64,000 nt of DNA. It comes from a virus. Under the pieces are notes generated by a model that was not told the origin of the DNA, did not search any database, and saw nothing but the letters and a program-made list of their open reading frames with translations. A program made the translations under genes and the position numbers. Positions 9,375 through 19,455 of the stretch are shown here, in pieces. The stretch spans positions 22,369 to 86,368 of IMG/VR virus record IMGVR_UViG_3300045988_143605, one strand, 5' to 3'. Position 1 is the stretch's first letter. Each line of letters starts with the position of its first letter.

Positions 9375-9411
9375 CATGTCCGCATTGCGTAGCAGCTTAT
9401 CAGTAACTTTG
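9375..9411 (+). promoter_or_regulatory. phage-type promoter, copy A (CATGTCCGC-N20-TAACTTTG)
   Basis: Back-to-back with copy E. 42 nt upstream of the ATG at 9454. Confidence 0.6.
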
Positions 9412-9453
9412 TTGTATAAAATTCAGGACAACAACACAAAACACAACACAAAC

Positions 9454-9969
9454 ATGAACAATCCATTCTACGTTTCGCGAGCCATTGCCGCAGTGCTCGG
9501 CTTGCTGTGGGTTCACATAGAGCCCTCTATCAATTTTATCACCGTGTGTTTCTTCGCCCTCATCATCGACTGCTACACGGCATGGAGGTGCAACCGTCGC
9601 ATCTACCAACGATACCGTGAAGCCATCAAGCGCAACCCGAAGTGCAAGATGGACGGTAAGCTGCGCTCCAAGAAGATGGCAAAGATGGTGTGGACATTCT
9701 CGGTCTTAATCATGTGCATCTGCCTTGCCTCGTATCTCGACCGCAACATTCTCGGCTATATGAACACCCACCTCGCCAACCAACTCACGGCCATGTACTG
9801 CTTGGTGCAGTTTGTGAGCATACTGGAAAACGAGAGCACCTGCAACGGAGCAGCCTGGGCAAGAGTGCTTCAAAAGATTGTGGCAGATAAAACCGAGCGA
9901 CACTTCAACGTAAAGTTGAAAGAGCTGATGAAGGATAAGGAGGAAGCGGACGAAGCCGCTAAAGAATAA
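9454..9969 (+). CDS. holin-like membrane protein (Phage_holin_4_1-like)
   Basis: Start taken at MNNPFYV. Several TM segments and LVQFVSILENES, resembling the E-x-x-SILEN signature of that holin family. Confidence 0.5.
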   Translation: MNNPFYVSRAIAAVLGLLWVHIEPSINFITVCFFALIIDCYTAWRCNRRIYQRYREAIKRNPKCKMDGKLRSKKMAKMVWTFSVLIMCICLASYLDRNILGYMNTHLANQLTAMYCLVQFVSILENESTCNGAAWARVLQKIVADKTERHFNVKLKELMKDKEEADEAAKE

Positions 9970-9979
9970 ATATTAACAT

Positions 9980-10033
9980 CGGATTTCACGGATTCCGCGA
10001 ATTATTGAACGTTCGTGTAATTCGTGAAATTCG
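9980..10033 (+). repeat. long imperfect hairpin built from CACGGAT/ATTCGTG units
   Basis: About 22 bp stem with 3 G:T (G:U) pairs and 1 mismatch by hand pairing. It only folds well as plus-strand RNA. Confidence 0.55.
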
Positions 10034-10057
10034 TAGTTCTTAAAGTTTAGCAGCATT

Positions 10058-10639
10058 ATGACAATAAGCAATATCCTTGAGCATTGGGCTTCCATCTACA
10101 AGCCCCTTTCTCATAACCCCGAGAGCGAACGCCTCGAAGACCAGAGTTTCTTCCGCATCCGCTACATCGACCTTGAGAACATTTTTTCCCGAAACGCCAA
10201 CATTGTCCACTCGCCGTGTATGCTATACAGCGTACTGACCACCGGAGAACTCGTTGACGCAAAGAAGGTATCTGTCTCTCACCAGGTGTGGTTTCTCGCC
10301 AAGGTAAAGGACACACCGCAGACTCTTGGCCGTTACGACGGTAACAAGATAGAGCGCACGGCCAACGACCTCACCGACTACTGCAAGGACCTCATAGCCT
10401 GGCTTATCGAGGTGAAGCGCACAGGTCGCTGTCCCGTTACCCATCGCAGTTTTGCAGATGATGCCGTGGTGATGGCAGAGCTGCAAGGCATCTGCACCAG
10501 TTCAATCTCCTTCGGCATGGTGGGCGACATCTATGCCGGACAATGGCTCGTCGTTGGCATGGATTGGAAGAGCCTGCAACCGCTCTACAACTTCGCGTGT
10601 GGCAGTAACGGCAAGTATATCGTGCCGAAAGAACCCTAA
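10058..10639 (+). CDS. hypothetical protein
   Basis: 193-aa ORF in the operon leading to the tape measure gene. Confidence 0.55.
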   Translation: MTISNILEHWASIYKPLSHNPESERLEDQSFFRIRYIDLENIFSRNANIVHSPCMLYSVLTTGELVDAKKVSVSHQVWFLAKVKDTPQTLGRYDGNKIERTANDLTDYCKDLIAWLIEVKRTGRCPVTHRSFADDAVVMAELQGICTSSISFGMVGDIYAGQWLVVGMDWKSLQPLYNFACGSNGKYIVPKEP

Positions 10640-10660
10640 CCTTTTAATAATATATGCGAT

Positions 10661-11188
10661 ATGGGTAAACCAATCAAAAACCCGATGTTTCCCTTCAATA
10701 GGGTAGCGGCTCGCTTTTTTCAGCAGACCATCAATCAGCTTGAGGTGAACACCATGACGCAGTGTATCTATCCCAAGGAGGTGTATAACGGATATGCTGT
10801 CGTCAACCAGAAGCGTAAGGAGATGGGTCAGTGGTACTCAACTGGCGAGGGTGCAAATTCGTTTGCCGGAAGGATCATCGAAGCCGGAGAAGGAGGCAAG
10901 GTGACGATGGCTTTCCAGTTCAACGACTACATGCGCTTTGTGGATATGGGTGTCGGTCAAGGAACGACATACGAGGACGTAGAGTCGGGCAAGAAGGCTC
11001 GTTTCCAGACGCGATACGTCAGCAAGTGGGACCGCAAGTCGGGTAAGTCGCAACGTCCTGCCATTATGATGGAGCTTCGCCACCTTCAGCAGCGCATAGC
11101 CAACTACCTTGTTGACTTCTACGGCTACGATGGCGAGGTAAAACTTATAAACACCTTCGAGGAAGCAAGTCCGATAAAGATTATGTAA
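10661..11188 (+). CDS. hypothetical protein
   Basis: 175-aa ORF directly upstream of the tape measure gene. Confidence 0.55.
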   Translation: MGKPIKNPMFPFNRVAARFFQQTINQLEVNTMTQCIYPKEVYNGYAVVNQKRKEMGQWYSTGEGANSFAGRIIEAGEGGKVTMAFQFNDYMRFVDMGVGQGTTYEDVESGKKARFQTRYVSKWDRKSGKSQRPAIMMELRHLQQRIANYLVDFYGYDGEVKLINTFEEASPIKIM

Positions 11189-11212
11189 CAACACAACACA
11201 AACATACTAAAT

Positions 11213-14200
11213 ATGGCTGCAGCAAAGAAAACTCAAATCGTCATAACTGCCAATGCCGCCGTTGCCAAAAAGGTGATGGATGAGCTTCAGCAGCGCATTG
11301 ACGGTATAAAACAGAAGATGGCTGCGCTCGACGTGACGACAAAGCAGGGACAGCGCGAGTTTAAGAAACTGGAGAAAGAATTGGTTTCGTACAACTCGGC
11401 TGTGACGCAGAATATCACGAATACGGAGCGTATAGACAAGGCTATGAAAAATTTGTCGGGCACGTCGCTTAACGAACTAAAGCGCGCGTTGTCCGCTGCC
11501 AAGAGTGAGCTTGGCAAGATGTCGGCAAGCGACAAGGGACTGAAGCAGATGCAAGGTAACGTAAATGCGCTGCAGGCGCAAATCGACAAACTCACCGGCT
11601 CGGTGCATAAGCAGGGCAACGCATGGCAGACAGCGCTCAAAAACTTAACGGCGTATGTAGGGCTGTTTGGGGCGTTTAATATGATAAAATCAAAGCTGAC
11701 AGACATATTGAAGTTGAATTTCCAGTATTCTGACTCATTGGCTAATGTGCGTAAGGTGAGTAATCTTTCGATGGAGTCTGTTAATGATTTGTCACGCCAG
11801 TTGGCGAAGATAGACAGCCGTACCAGTCTTGAGGGACTTACACAATTGGCTTATGTGGGTAGTCGTATGGGTATGGGCAAGTATGGGGCGTCAGGTCTGG
11901 CAGAATTTGCAGCAGCCAGCGATCGTGTGAATGTGGCATTGAAAGAGGATTTGGGTGATGATGCGATGCTTACTTTGTCTAAGTTCGTGGAAACGATGGG
12001 AGAGGTAGAAAAGCACGGTGGTAACATCAGCGATGCTTTTGATTCTGTTTCAAGTTCCATCTTTAAATTGGCTTCTACATCTACGGCCAATGGTGGTAAT
12101 ATCCTTGAATTTGCGAAGCGACTTACGGGTTTGTCTAAGGTGTCGCACATTACAAGCGACCAACTTTTAGGTCTTGCCTCTGCCAGCGACTCTCTTATGC
12201 TTATGCCGGAAGTAGCCAGTACCGCTTTTGGTAAGTTAATAAGCAGTTTATGGACTAACTACCACGACATAGAGAAGATGTTGGGTATGCAAGAGGACTC
12301 CCTAAAAGACATGATGAGCAAGGGAGAAACCATGCAGGCACTTGTAACCGTGCTTCAGAACGTGAGCGATAAAAACCTCAACTCTATGGACGAGTACTTC
12401 AAAGAGTTTGGCTCAGATGGTCAACGTTTGAAAAGCGTAGTCGTTACTATGGCTCAGAATGTAGATGTTCTGAAATCCCATCTTGACGAGTCAAGTAAGG
12501 CTTACAAAGATGCCACGGCCGTATCAAAGGAATATGCCATACAGCAAGAGACCGCACAGGCTATAATTGAGAGAGCCAATAACATGTGGAATAAGGCTTT
12601 TGTTAATCCTGAAGGCATTGATTCCGTCAAGGAAATAGCAAAGGTATGGTACGATTTCTCGAAAACGCTTACGCAATCTACTCCATTTATGAGGTCTGCA
12701 AAGATATTGATGTGGGAGATAAAGACATCCGTTGAAATGTTGCTCAAAATATTACCAGGATTGGTAGCATATATGGGTACTCGCGGTTTGGTGTGGGCTT
12801 TTTCTAAGTTATTGCCGTTGATGATAGGTGTGTCTGGTAGCGGTGTTGTAAAATTCTTCACATTGCTAACTATGGCGGTACATGGCAATGCCGTTGCGGT
12901 TCGCTTGTTGCATATACGCTGGACAGCCATGACTCTCGCAATGAAAGCGAATGTTATTGGTTTTGCAATATCTGCTATTGCTACACTTGGCACATGGATA
13001 TATAGCCTTGTAAAAAATACTGATAATGCCACAAAATCAGTCGAACAATTTGACAGGTCGCTAACTGGTGTTCGCAACAAGGCAAATCAGGCTGTCGGGG
13101 AACTTGATGCTTATTATCGTGCTATCAAGCGGGCAAAGAAAGGGTCTTTTGAATATCAGGCTGCAATTAAGGTCTATAATGACAAATTCGGAGTCTATTT
13201 CAAAAAGCTCGAAAGAGAGAATGGAATGGTAAAGGATTTGGCGGCCTCTTATCGCGAAGCTGCAAAGGCTATTCGTGCTAAGATGTACGTACAGATGGAG
13301 CAAGATGATAGGGATAAGTTCGTAAAGCCTCGTGCTGGCAGGTCTTTGGATAGGTTGGGCGAGTATGGGCAAATTGCACCTGAAGGCTTTGAGCAGGAAA
13401 TGTTGGAAGCCTACACCAAAGACTCCTACGGAAAACAAATGAATGTTGTTGTAAAAGAACTTGCCCAGAGATTTGGAGTAAAAGATGTTAGCAATGTTCT
13501 TGCATCTGAAAACAGAGGTTTGACAAAGGCTGTTAGGCGTGAGAAAGTGCGAAAGCGTTCTTTATTTGGAGATCCGTATTATGTATATGAGGATAAGGAT
13601 GTAAGTGCTAACGAGCAACAACTTTTTAGAGCCTTGCGTTATGTTCGTCAGGAACGAGCAACGCATAATACAGAATTAGGCATAGATAAAAAGTATGAGC
13701 CTGTCAGAAAACAGATGGATAACTACATTCTTTCTACGACAGGAGGTAACGAGGATTTGAATGTTCCTGATGAGAGTGGCAAAAATGGAAAGACAGGCTC
13801 AGGAAGAAACGGTAATGAGAACAAAAAAGAGGAGCAGCAGACAAAGGCTCGCGCAAATGCTCTTATTGCTAATATCAAGGCTTTCTATGAGGAACAAATG
13901 CGCAAATACCTGGAATGGGTGGCTCAGATGAACGCCGATGGCGAAAAGGTTAGCGAAGGACAACAGAAGGAACAGTTGGATTATCTGCAATCGCAAATGG
14001 ATCGTGCTCTTGGTACGGCTCGCCAGTCTATCACTAATCTTGGCGATGGCTGGAAAGAGTTCTATTCCCACATGGATGAGGATGTGATGGTTTACGATGA
14101 GGAAACTTCTAAGCAACTGCTTGATTCGATTGGCAAAACGGATGTTGGCGAACTTCACAAGTTGTTCACCAAACTGTCCGGCGACCTCTCTCGTGAAAAC

Positions 14201-16039
14201 AATAAGTCTCTTGCAGAAAACCTCGGCGCATTGCTCGACCAGATATTTGCCAATGGCTCTAAGGAATTGCGCGAGGCTGCAGAGAAGTTGCTTGCCCGTC
14301 AGCGCGAGATACAGAAGATTTTGAATGAGCACGACTATACAGGTGCTGTTGACCGCAACACTCGTGGCAATTTCGACCGCTTAGGTTTCCTACAGCCAGC
14401 CAAGGATATTCGTGCTGACTCTCCCGAAGGTCTTGAAAAGATGAATGCTGCTTTTGATAAGCTGACCACTAAGGCACGCGAGTCTATTACCGTATTATAT
14501 AGTCTTAATCCGGAGAGTGAGAATTTTCAGAATCGGTTCCTTCAGTTCTTGTCTGTAGCCGACGAAGGGTTTGATTTCTCGGCTCTTAAGGCACAAGACC
14601 TCAAAGCTCTTTATCTCGAACTGATAAAATACAACGACGAATACGAGTCGGCAAGCAAGAAGCGTGACGATGAGCGCAAGAAACTGAACGATTACGCTTG
14701 GTCTAACACTGATTATTATAAGGAATACCAGAAGGCACTGCCTGGTGCCGAGCAAGAGGTGGCAGTCAAGGGTAGCTATCGTAATGCCGGTCAGCGTATG
14801 GGCATGGAGTCAGTGTCGGCTTTAGACCCTGAACTCGAACTGATGAAGGCTCGTATGGAGTTCGCCCAGCAGTATTACACGTTCCTGGAAGAGCACAATG
14901 CCACCGAGCAGCAGCTTGCTGATGCCCGAAAGTCAATAATGATGGAACAGGCTAACTATGCCAAAAAACTCACGGGAGATATGTTTGAGCAATATAACTC
15001 ACTCCTTACTTTCATGGGTCCGTTGCAAACCTTTGGCGAGTCGGTAGGTGATGCCTTCGTTACTATGACCGAGAACGCAGCCGAAGGACGCAAGGCTTTG
15101 AAGACAGCCTTGAAGCAAATGATAAAATCGTTCGCTACCAACACCCTTCAGATGATTAGTCAACAGCAAATAGACCGCGCGCAAACCACTGCGCACTATA
15201 CGCAGTTACTTCTCATGCAGCAGGCATTTGGTACGGCAAAGGTAGCAGGTGAAGCAGCCACTGGAGTGGCTTTACTTACGACAAAGACGGTAAATAACCA
15301 GACAGAGGAACAGCTTGAGGTTGCCCATCAACAGGCAATGGCAGCTCTTCGCTCTGCAGGTATCTTCGGTTGGTGTGTTAGCACTCTCGGACCTGTTGCT
15401 GGTCCAATCGCTTACGCTGCAATGATGGCAATCCTCATGGGGTTACTAAACTTTGCAATTAGCAAGGTTGGAGGAAGTGATAACTCTAATAATAGCAACG
15501 CAAAATCCTCGAACACAAAAATCGTGTCCGGTATGCTTACCTACGACTCCGGTAACGTGCAAGACCTCCGTCCGTTTGTCGGCAACGATGGCAGCCTCTA
15601 TTGGGCGACCGAGGATGACAAACCCCACAATGGTGTATCACTCCTCACGCAGCCCACTGCCACTTCTATTAACGGTCAACCATCTCTTGTAGCCGAGAAC
15701 GGCCCAGAACTGGTAATCGGACGCGAGACAACCCAGGCGATGATGATGAACAACCCGCAACTATTGAAAGCCCTCGTAAACTACGACCGCAACTATTCCG
15801 GTCGCCGTGCTTACGACACTGGCAATATAGCCGAGACAAGCCCCACAGTAGCCGCAGGGTCGACCGTAAGCGACGAAATGGTGTCTTACCAAGCTAAAAC
15901 CAACGTAGCCCTTCTACAAGCCGTAAACACGCTCCTGCAACGCTTAGAGCAACCTATCGAGGCAAAGATTGATATGTACGGCCGTGGCAAACTCTATGAC
16001 AGCATGACAAAGGCTAATCAGTTTATGAAAAACAAATAA
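11213..16039 (+). CDS. tail tape measure protein
   Basis: 1608 aa. Long coiled-coil-like stretches, a central block of hydrophobic helices (ILPGLVAYMGTRGLVWAF...IGFAISAIATLGTWIY) and another near aa 1400. Confidence 0.8.
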   Translation: MAAAKKTQIVITANAAVAKKVMDELQQRIDGIKQKMAALDVTTKQGQREFKKLEKELVSYNSAVTQNITNTERIDKAMKNLSGTSLNELKRALSAAKSELGKMSASDKGLKQMQGNVNALQAQIDKLTGSVHKQGNAWQTALKNLTAYVGLFGAFNMIKSKLTDILKLNFQYSDSLANVRKVSNLSMESVNDLSRQLAKIDSRTSLEGLTQLAYVGSRMGMGKYGASGLAEFAAASDRVNVALKEDLGDDAMLTLSKFVETMGEVEKHGGNISDAFDSVSSSIFKLASTSTANGGNILEFAKRLTGLSKVSHITSDQLLGLASASDSLMLMPEVASTAFGKLISSLWTNYHDIEKMLGMQEDSLKDMMSKGETMQALVTVLQNVSDKNLNSMDEYFKEFGSDGQRLKSVVVTMAQNVDVLKSHLDESSKAYKDATAVSKEYAIQQETAQAIIERANNMWNKAFVNPEGIDSVKEIAKVWYDFSKTLTQSTPFMRSAKILMWEIKTSVEMLLKILPGLVAYMGTRGLVWAFSKLLPLMIGVSGSGVVKFFTLLTMAVHGNAVAVRLLHIRWTAMTLAMKANVIGFAISAIATLGTWIYSLVKNTDNATKSVEQFDRSLTGVRNKANQAVGELDAYYRAIKRAKKGSFEYQAAIKVYNDKFGVYFKKLERENGMVKDLAASYREAAKAIRAKMYVQMEQDDRDKFVKPRAGRSLDRLGEYGQIAPEGFEQEMLEAYTKDSYGKQMNVVVKELAQRFGVKDVSNVLASENRGLTKAVRREKVRKRSLFGDPYYVYEDKDVSANEQQLFRALRYVRQERATHNTELGIDKKYEPVRKQMDNYILSTTGGNEDLNVPDESGKNGKTGSGRNGNENKKEEQQTKARANALIANIKAFYEEQMRKYLEWVAQMNADGEKVSEGQQKEQLDYLQSQMDRALGTARQSITNLGDGWKEFYSHMDEDVMVYDEETSKQLLDSIGKTDVGELHKLFTKLSGDLSRENNKSLAENLGALLDQIFANGSKELREAAEKLLARQREIQKILNEHDYTGAVDRNTRGNFDRLGFLQPAKDIRADSPEGLEKMNAAFDKLTTKARESITVLYSLNPESENFQNRFLQFLSVADEGFDFSALKAQDLKALYLELIKYNDEYESASKKRDDERKKLNDYAWSNTDYYKEYQKALPGAEQEVAVKGSYRNAGQRMGMESVSALDPELELMKARMEFAQQYYTFLEEHNATEQQLADARKSIMMEQANYAKKLTGDMFEQYNSLLTFMGPLQTFGESVGDAFVTMTENAAEGRKALKTALKQMIKSFATNTLQMISQQQIDRAQTTAHYTQLLLMQQAFGTAKVAGEAATGVALLTTKTVNNQTEEQLEVAHQQAMAALRSAGIFGWCVSTLGPVAGPIAYAAMMAILMGLLNFAISKVGGSDNSNNSNAKSSNTKIVSGMLTYDSGNVQDLRPFVGNDGSLYWATEDDKPHNGVSLLTQPTATSINGQPSLVAENGPELVIGRETTQAMMMNNPQLLKALVNYDRNYSGRRAYDTGNIAETSPTVAAGSTVSDEMVSYQAKTNVALLQAVNTLLQRLEQPIEAKIDMYGRGKLYDSMTKANQFMKNK

Positions 16040-16163
16040 TCCCCCGCAAGTTGCCTTTGCAGCAATCCGCGATCAGCAAAGCATCCCCCCTTGCGCTACA
16101 CTCCCGCGTGCGGCAAAGCATTTATCTTGCGCTATCTTTCGCTATTAGCGAAGCATTTATCAG

Positions 16164-16199
16164 GTCGTCGCGCCGTAAGGCGTGTCGACCTTTTCTTTT
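16164..16199 (+). terminator. intrinsic terminator after the tape measure operon
   Basis: GTCGTCGCGCC-GTAA-GGCGTGTCGAC stem (1 mismatch, 1 wobble, GNRA loop), followed by CTTTTCTTTT. Confidence 0.6.
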
Positions 16200-16261
16200 G
16201 CGCAATGCTTGTATTTCCTCTCTGTTTTTCGCTTGTTCGAGAATAAACTTCTGTCCCCAAA

Positions 16262-16793
16262 AGTCCAAACTTGCAAACTCTTGCAACTCCCTAATAGCCA
16301 CGGACATTACGTATTATCTACTCATCAAAAGTCCAAAAATTTACTCAATAACGCTACTACTATATATAATTTCGCCAATTTTCTTTCTCTCCTATTTTCA
16401 AAAATCCCGAACCCTAACAATATAGTTAGTAGCATTAACGCCTATGACGTAAATAATTGACATTTAACAAGTTAAATGGTGAGAAGAAAGGCAACTAAGT
16501 GAGAGAAACGCTACAAAAATGTCTTATTTCTATTATTCTTTATAAATTTTTTGTTCTTTGCGCTCGTATAGGTATATATAAAAATACCCCTTTTTTAAAC
16601 TTTTAATAGATAAATAGCAGAAAATCAAAAGGTTGAATCGCTTTTTGAAAAATTCATTATGGGGACACAGCACGGATTTCTTATGAACTTTACTCCGTTT
16701 TTTCAGATTTATAGACTTTTCATTTTTCGCTATTATCCTGAAAAATGGACTTTAAGTCTAAAGTTTGGACTTTTGGAGGCTCAAGAGTCCAAA
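16262..16793. repeat. dispersed AGTCCAAA motif copies in an AT-rich ORF-free region
   Basis: AGTCCAAA at 16262, 16330 and 16786. Inverted TTTGGACT at 16764. Partial GGACTTT at 16747. Confidence 0.5.
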
Positions 16794-16825
16794 TATAGTT
16801 AACATAAGAAAAACATAGCCGAAAT

Positions 16826-16857
16826 ATTGTTCGTGTCAATTTTAATTATTAAATTTG
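16826..16857 (+). promoter_or_regulatory. host-type promoter candidate (ATTG-N20-TAAATTTG)
   Basis: Matches the Bacteroides TTTG / TAnnTTTG architecture. 38 nt upstream of the ATG at 16896. Confidence 0.45.
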
Positions 16858-16895
16858 CAACCGTATAATAACTTACCTATTTTAACTTATAAAAT

Positions 16896-17996
16896 ATGTT
16901 TGACGAAATATGCTCCATATATGAAGATGCGCATGATGCTTGTGGTCGCTTCGTTGACCGTGAGACAGGAGAGTGCATCCAGCAGATGACCATCCGTGAG
17001 TTTTGCTTGACGGATAGATGGAAGCCGTATGTGCAGCAACTTCGTCGTATGCGTGTGGAGTTTGGCAGTAATGCTAAAAAGATGCCGGAGTACATTGAGA
17101 CAAAGAAGATGTTGCCAGGTGCTACTCTGAGCGGCTTGTTTGCGCTCTATGAGGACGACAGTCTCACGCATCCAGGACAGCGGGTAATGGTGAGCCGTCG
17201 TGAGACCCACCTGAAGCAACACACTGGATGGCTTGCCATTGACATTGACCTCGCGGACAACAAACACCTGACACAGTTTGATAATGTGCGCTTTGTGTGT
17301 CAGTATCGCCCAGAGATAGCATTACTCATGCGCTCGTGCTCTGGTAGCGGGTATTTTGGTCTTGTGCGTTTAGCTTATCCAGATAGACATAAAGATCAGT
17401 TCAAAGCATTATTGAAGGACTATGCTGCTTGCGGCATCATGCTTGATAAATCATGCGGAAATATAGGTCGTGTGCGCTTTGCGTCTTGGGACGATCCAGA
17501 ACATATATATATAAATGAGAAAGCAACTGCCTATACGGGACTAAATGACCAAGTGGTAATGCCGCTTCCCTTGTCTCGCCAACATCGTTCTTCTCATACT
17601 GAAACTTACAATGGGAATACTGGGGCAGATGGTGTTGTTATTGGCGATTGGCGCAATGATACCCCAGAAATCATATACCGCAAGGTGAAACGGCTTGTCG
17701 AGAAGGTCGAGCAACGCCATGTGGACTTGATGGAAGGTCCAGAAGCGGGATATATAGAGTGGGTGTATTGCGGAATGTCTCTCTATCACCTGGTAGGGCA
17801 GGATGGCTACGATTTTTGGAAGCGTTTATCGCAATTTCGACCATCAGATTCTACTTGCGGTCACCATGAGAGCGACTTCGCTAAAAGGTGGTCATCGTTT
17901 GCTCATTACCCCAATACAGTGAATTTCTTCTTCAAGCAGTGTAAGGATAAAAACATCACACTGACAAGGGAAGATTTGTTGGAGATATACGGTTGA
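16896..17996 (+). CDS. BT4734-like / VirE N-terminal domain protein (primase-like replication protein)
   Basis: KKMLPGATLSGLF ... HTGWLAIDIDLADN ... SCSGSGYFGLVRL ... LDKSCGNIGRVRFASWDDP follows the pattern of that domain family. Confidence 0.6.
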   Translation: MFDEICSIYEDAHDACGRFVDRETGECIQQMTIREFCLTDRWKPYVQQLRRMRVEFGSNAKKMPEYIETKKMLPGATLSGLFALYEDDSLTHPGQRVMVSRRETHLKQHTGWLAIDIDLADNKHLTQFDNVRFVCQYRPEIALLMRSCSGSGYFGLVRLAYPDRHKDQFKALLKDYAACGIMLDKSCGNIGRVRFASWDDPEHIYINEKATAYTGLNDQVVMPLPLSRQHRSSHTETYNGNTGADGVVIGDWRNDTPEIIYRKVKRLVEKVEQRHVDLMEGPEAGYIEWVYCGMSLYHLVGQDGYDFWKRLSQFRPSDSTCGHHESDFAKRWSSFAHYPNTVNFFFKQCKDKNITLTREDLLEIYG

Positions 17997-18006
17997 AGGT
18001 GTCAAA

Positions 18007-18465
18007 ATGTCATTAGATATGAAAATATTATTTAAAAAATTTGAAGAAAAGGCTCAAATGCCGGTAAAGGCAGTTGGGCATGAAGAGGACTTTTGTTATG
18101 ATTGTTTTGCTGTGAGCGAAGAAGAGGTTGCTCCTAACGTATGGAAATATGGTCTTGGCTTTGCCTTACAGCCAGTGAATGAGTTTGACGGAGTTAACAT
18201 TCGTGGTATCAATATCCGTTCCCGGTCGTCGGTGTGGAAGACTGGCATGGTGCTCTCCAACTCGCAGGTTACGATTAACGAAATTTTCACTGGAGAGATT
18301 TCGGCTGTATTTTATCATGTCATGCTCAATATGCCGCGCTATAAAGTTGGCGACAAGGTGTGTCAGCTTTGCCTGGAACGTACCGAGTCGTTAGAGTTTG
18401 TTGAAGTGACAGAACTGCGCAAAACTTCACGCGGCGAACTCGGATATTGCTCTACTGGAAAGTAA
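18007..18465 (+). CDS. dut: dUTPase (divergent trimeric type)
   Basis: IRSRSS (motif 2), INEIFTGEISAVFYH (motif 3), VGDKVCQL (motif 4), SRGELGYCSTGK (motif 5). Confidence 0.65.
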   Translation: MSLDMKILFKKFEEKAQMPVKAVGHEEDFCYDCFAVSEEEVAPNVWKYGLGFALQPVNEFDGVNIRGINIRSRSSVWKTGMVLSNSQVTINEIFTGEISAVFYHVMLNMPRYKVGDKVCQLCLERTESLEFVEVTELRKTSRGELGYCSTGK

Positions 18466-18499
18466 AATATAATCAACCTTATGATAAATAGACGAATTT

Positions 18500-19450
18500 A
18501 TGGCTAAATCGAACCCTATCCGAACACGCGAGGAACTTGTGCGCAACCAACCCACAATTTACTCATTCCATTTCAAGGATGTGCCGCCCAGCAAGTATGC
18601 CGAAACACTTGATGTACTTTTCCACAATCCCGACTACAATGAAGATGTTGAGAAGCGCAACCGACTCGTCAAATCGGCACAGCGTTTGCGCCCCGGTTCA
18701 AGCGAGATGGCAAACCTTGTGCGCACCATCCAGCAGTACGACCGTAAGTTGGCTGACATTCTGTATGCCTCCATTGTGCAGACAAATCTTCATAGTGAGG
18801 TTGGCTATGATTTTCTTTCATTCTCCACCTTGCTCAAGTATTACGTTGACTATAGCAAGGATGGTAACAAGAAACGTGTAGACCGTATGGCTGCCAATCT
18901 CGACAAGGTGACGTTTCTTGCCGATATGCTTGAAAGTATCGTGACTGACGTGAAAGCAGATATGCGTGAGATTTTCAACGGAAGTGTCGAGTTTAATCAG
19001 TTTGATTCTGTACTGAATGTTCTCACACAATTAAGAGGCTTTTTTAAGTCTGCCCGTAGTAATGATGCCGACTCGCCAGAAGCGCTGCTCTATTTTGATT
19101 ATTCCGACTCTATCAACGATTATCTTGAGAAGCGACTGAAAACATATACCGACAAGTATCGCAAGCTGCATCCTGCCGCACCCGTATATATCGAAGCAGA
19201 CCTGATAGAAGGTCTTAACCAGTTCTTTGGCCGTAGTGATAAATTCAACGAGAGTTTTATCAAGCATACCGAGTCTGGCGGATGTTATATAGATGTGGTT
19301 CATCTTTGCTTCAATCTCGACCGCCAGCAGACAGAGAAGATCGAATCATTGAAGATAAATCCGACCACTCACACCGACGAAACGCTGCGCTACAGCTTCA
19401 AGGTAACCGACCTTATAATGAGCCAATACAAACGTCCCACCCAAAAGTAA
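18500..19450 (+). CDS. hypothetical protein
   Basis: 316-aa ORF, tightly packed on the same strand. Confidence 0.55.
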   Translation: MAKSNPIRTREELVRNQPTIYSFHFKDVPPSKYAETLDVLFHNPDYNEDVEKRNRLVKSAQRLRPGSSEMANLVRTIQQYDRKLADILYASIVQTNLHSEVGYDFLSFSTLLKYYVDYSKDGNKKRVDRMAANLDKVTFLADMLESIVTDVKADMREIFNGSVEFNQFDSVLNVLTQLRGFFKSARSNDADSPEALLYFDYSDSINDYLEKRLKTYTDKYRKLHPAAPVYIEADLIEGLNQFFGRSDKFNESFIKHTESGGCYIDVVHLCFNLDRQQTEKIESLKINPTTHTDETLRYSFKVTDLIMSQYKRPTQK

Positions 19451-19455
19451 CTATT

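Noticed and set aside
9256-9453. Long forms of the divergent genes (9256-9969 and 8484-9377)
   Set aside because: The extensions overlap each other and cover the two back-to-back promoter boxes. Internal ATGs at 9454 and 9296 sit at consistent distances from the -7 boxes.
16051-16460. ORFs 16051-16425 (+), 16182-16460 (+) and 16122-16307 (-)
   Set aside because: They lie in the terminator and motif-bearing non-coding region. The plus-strand ones are low-complexity translations. The minus-strand 61-aa ORF contains the tape-measure terminator hairpin. None has supporting signals.
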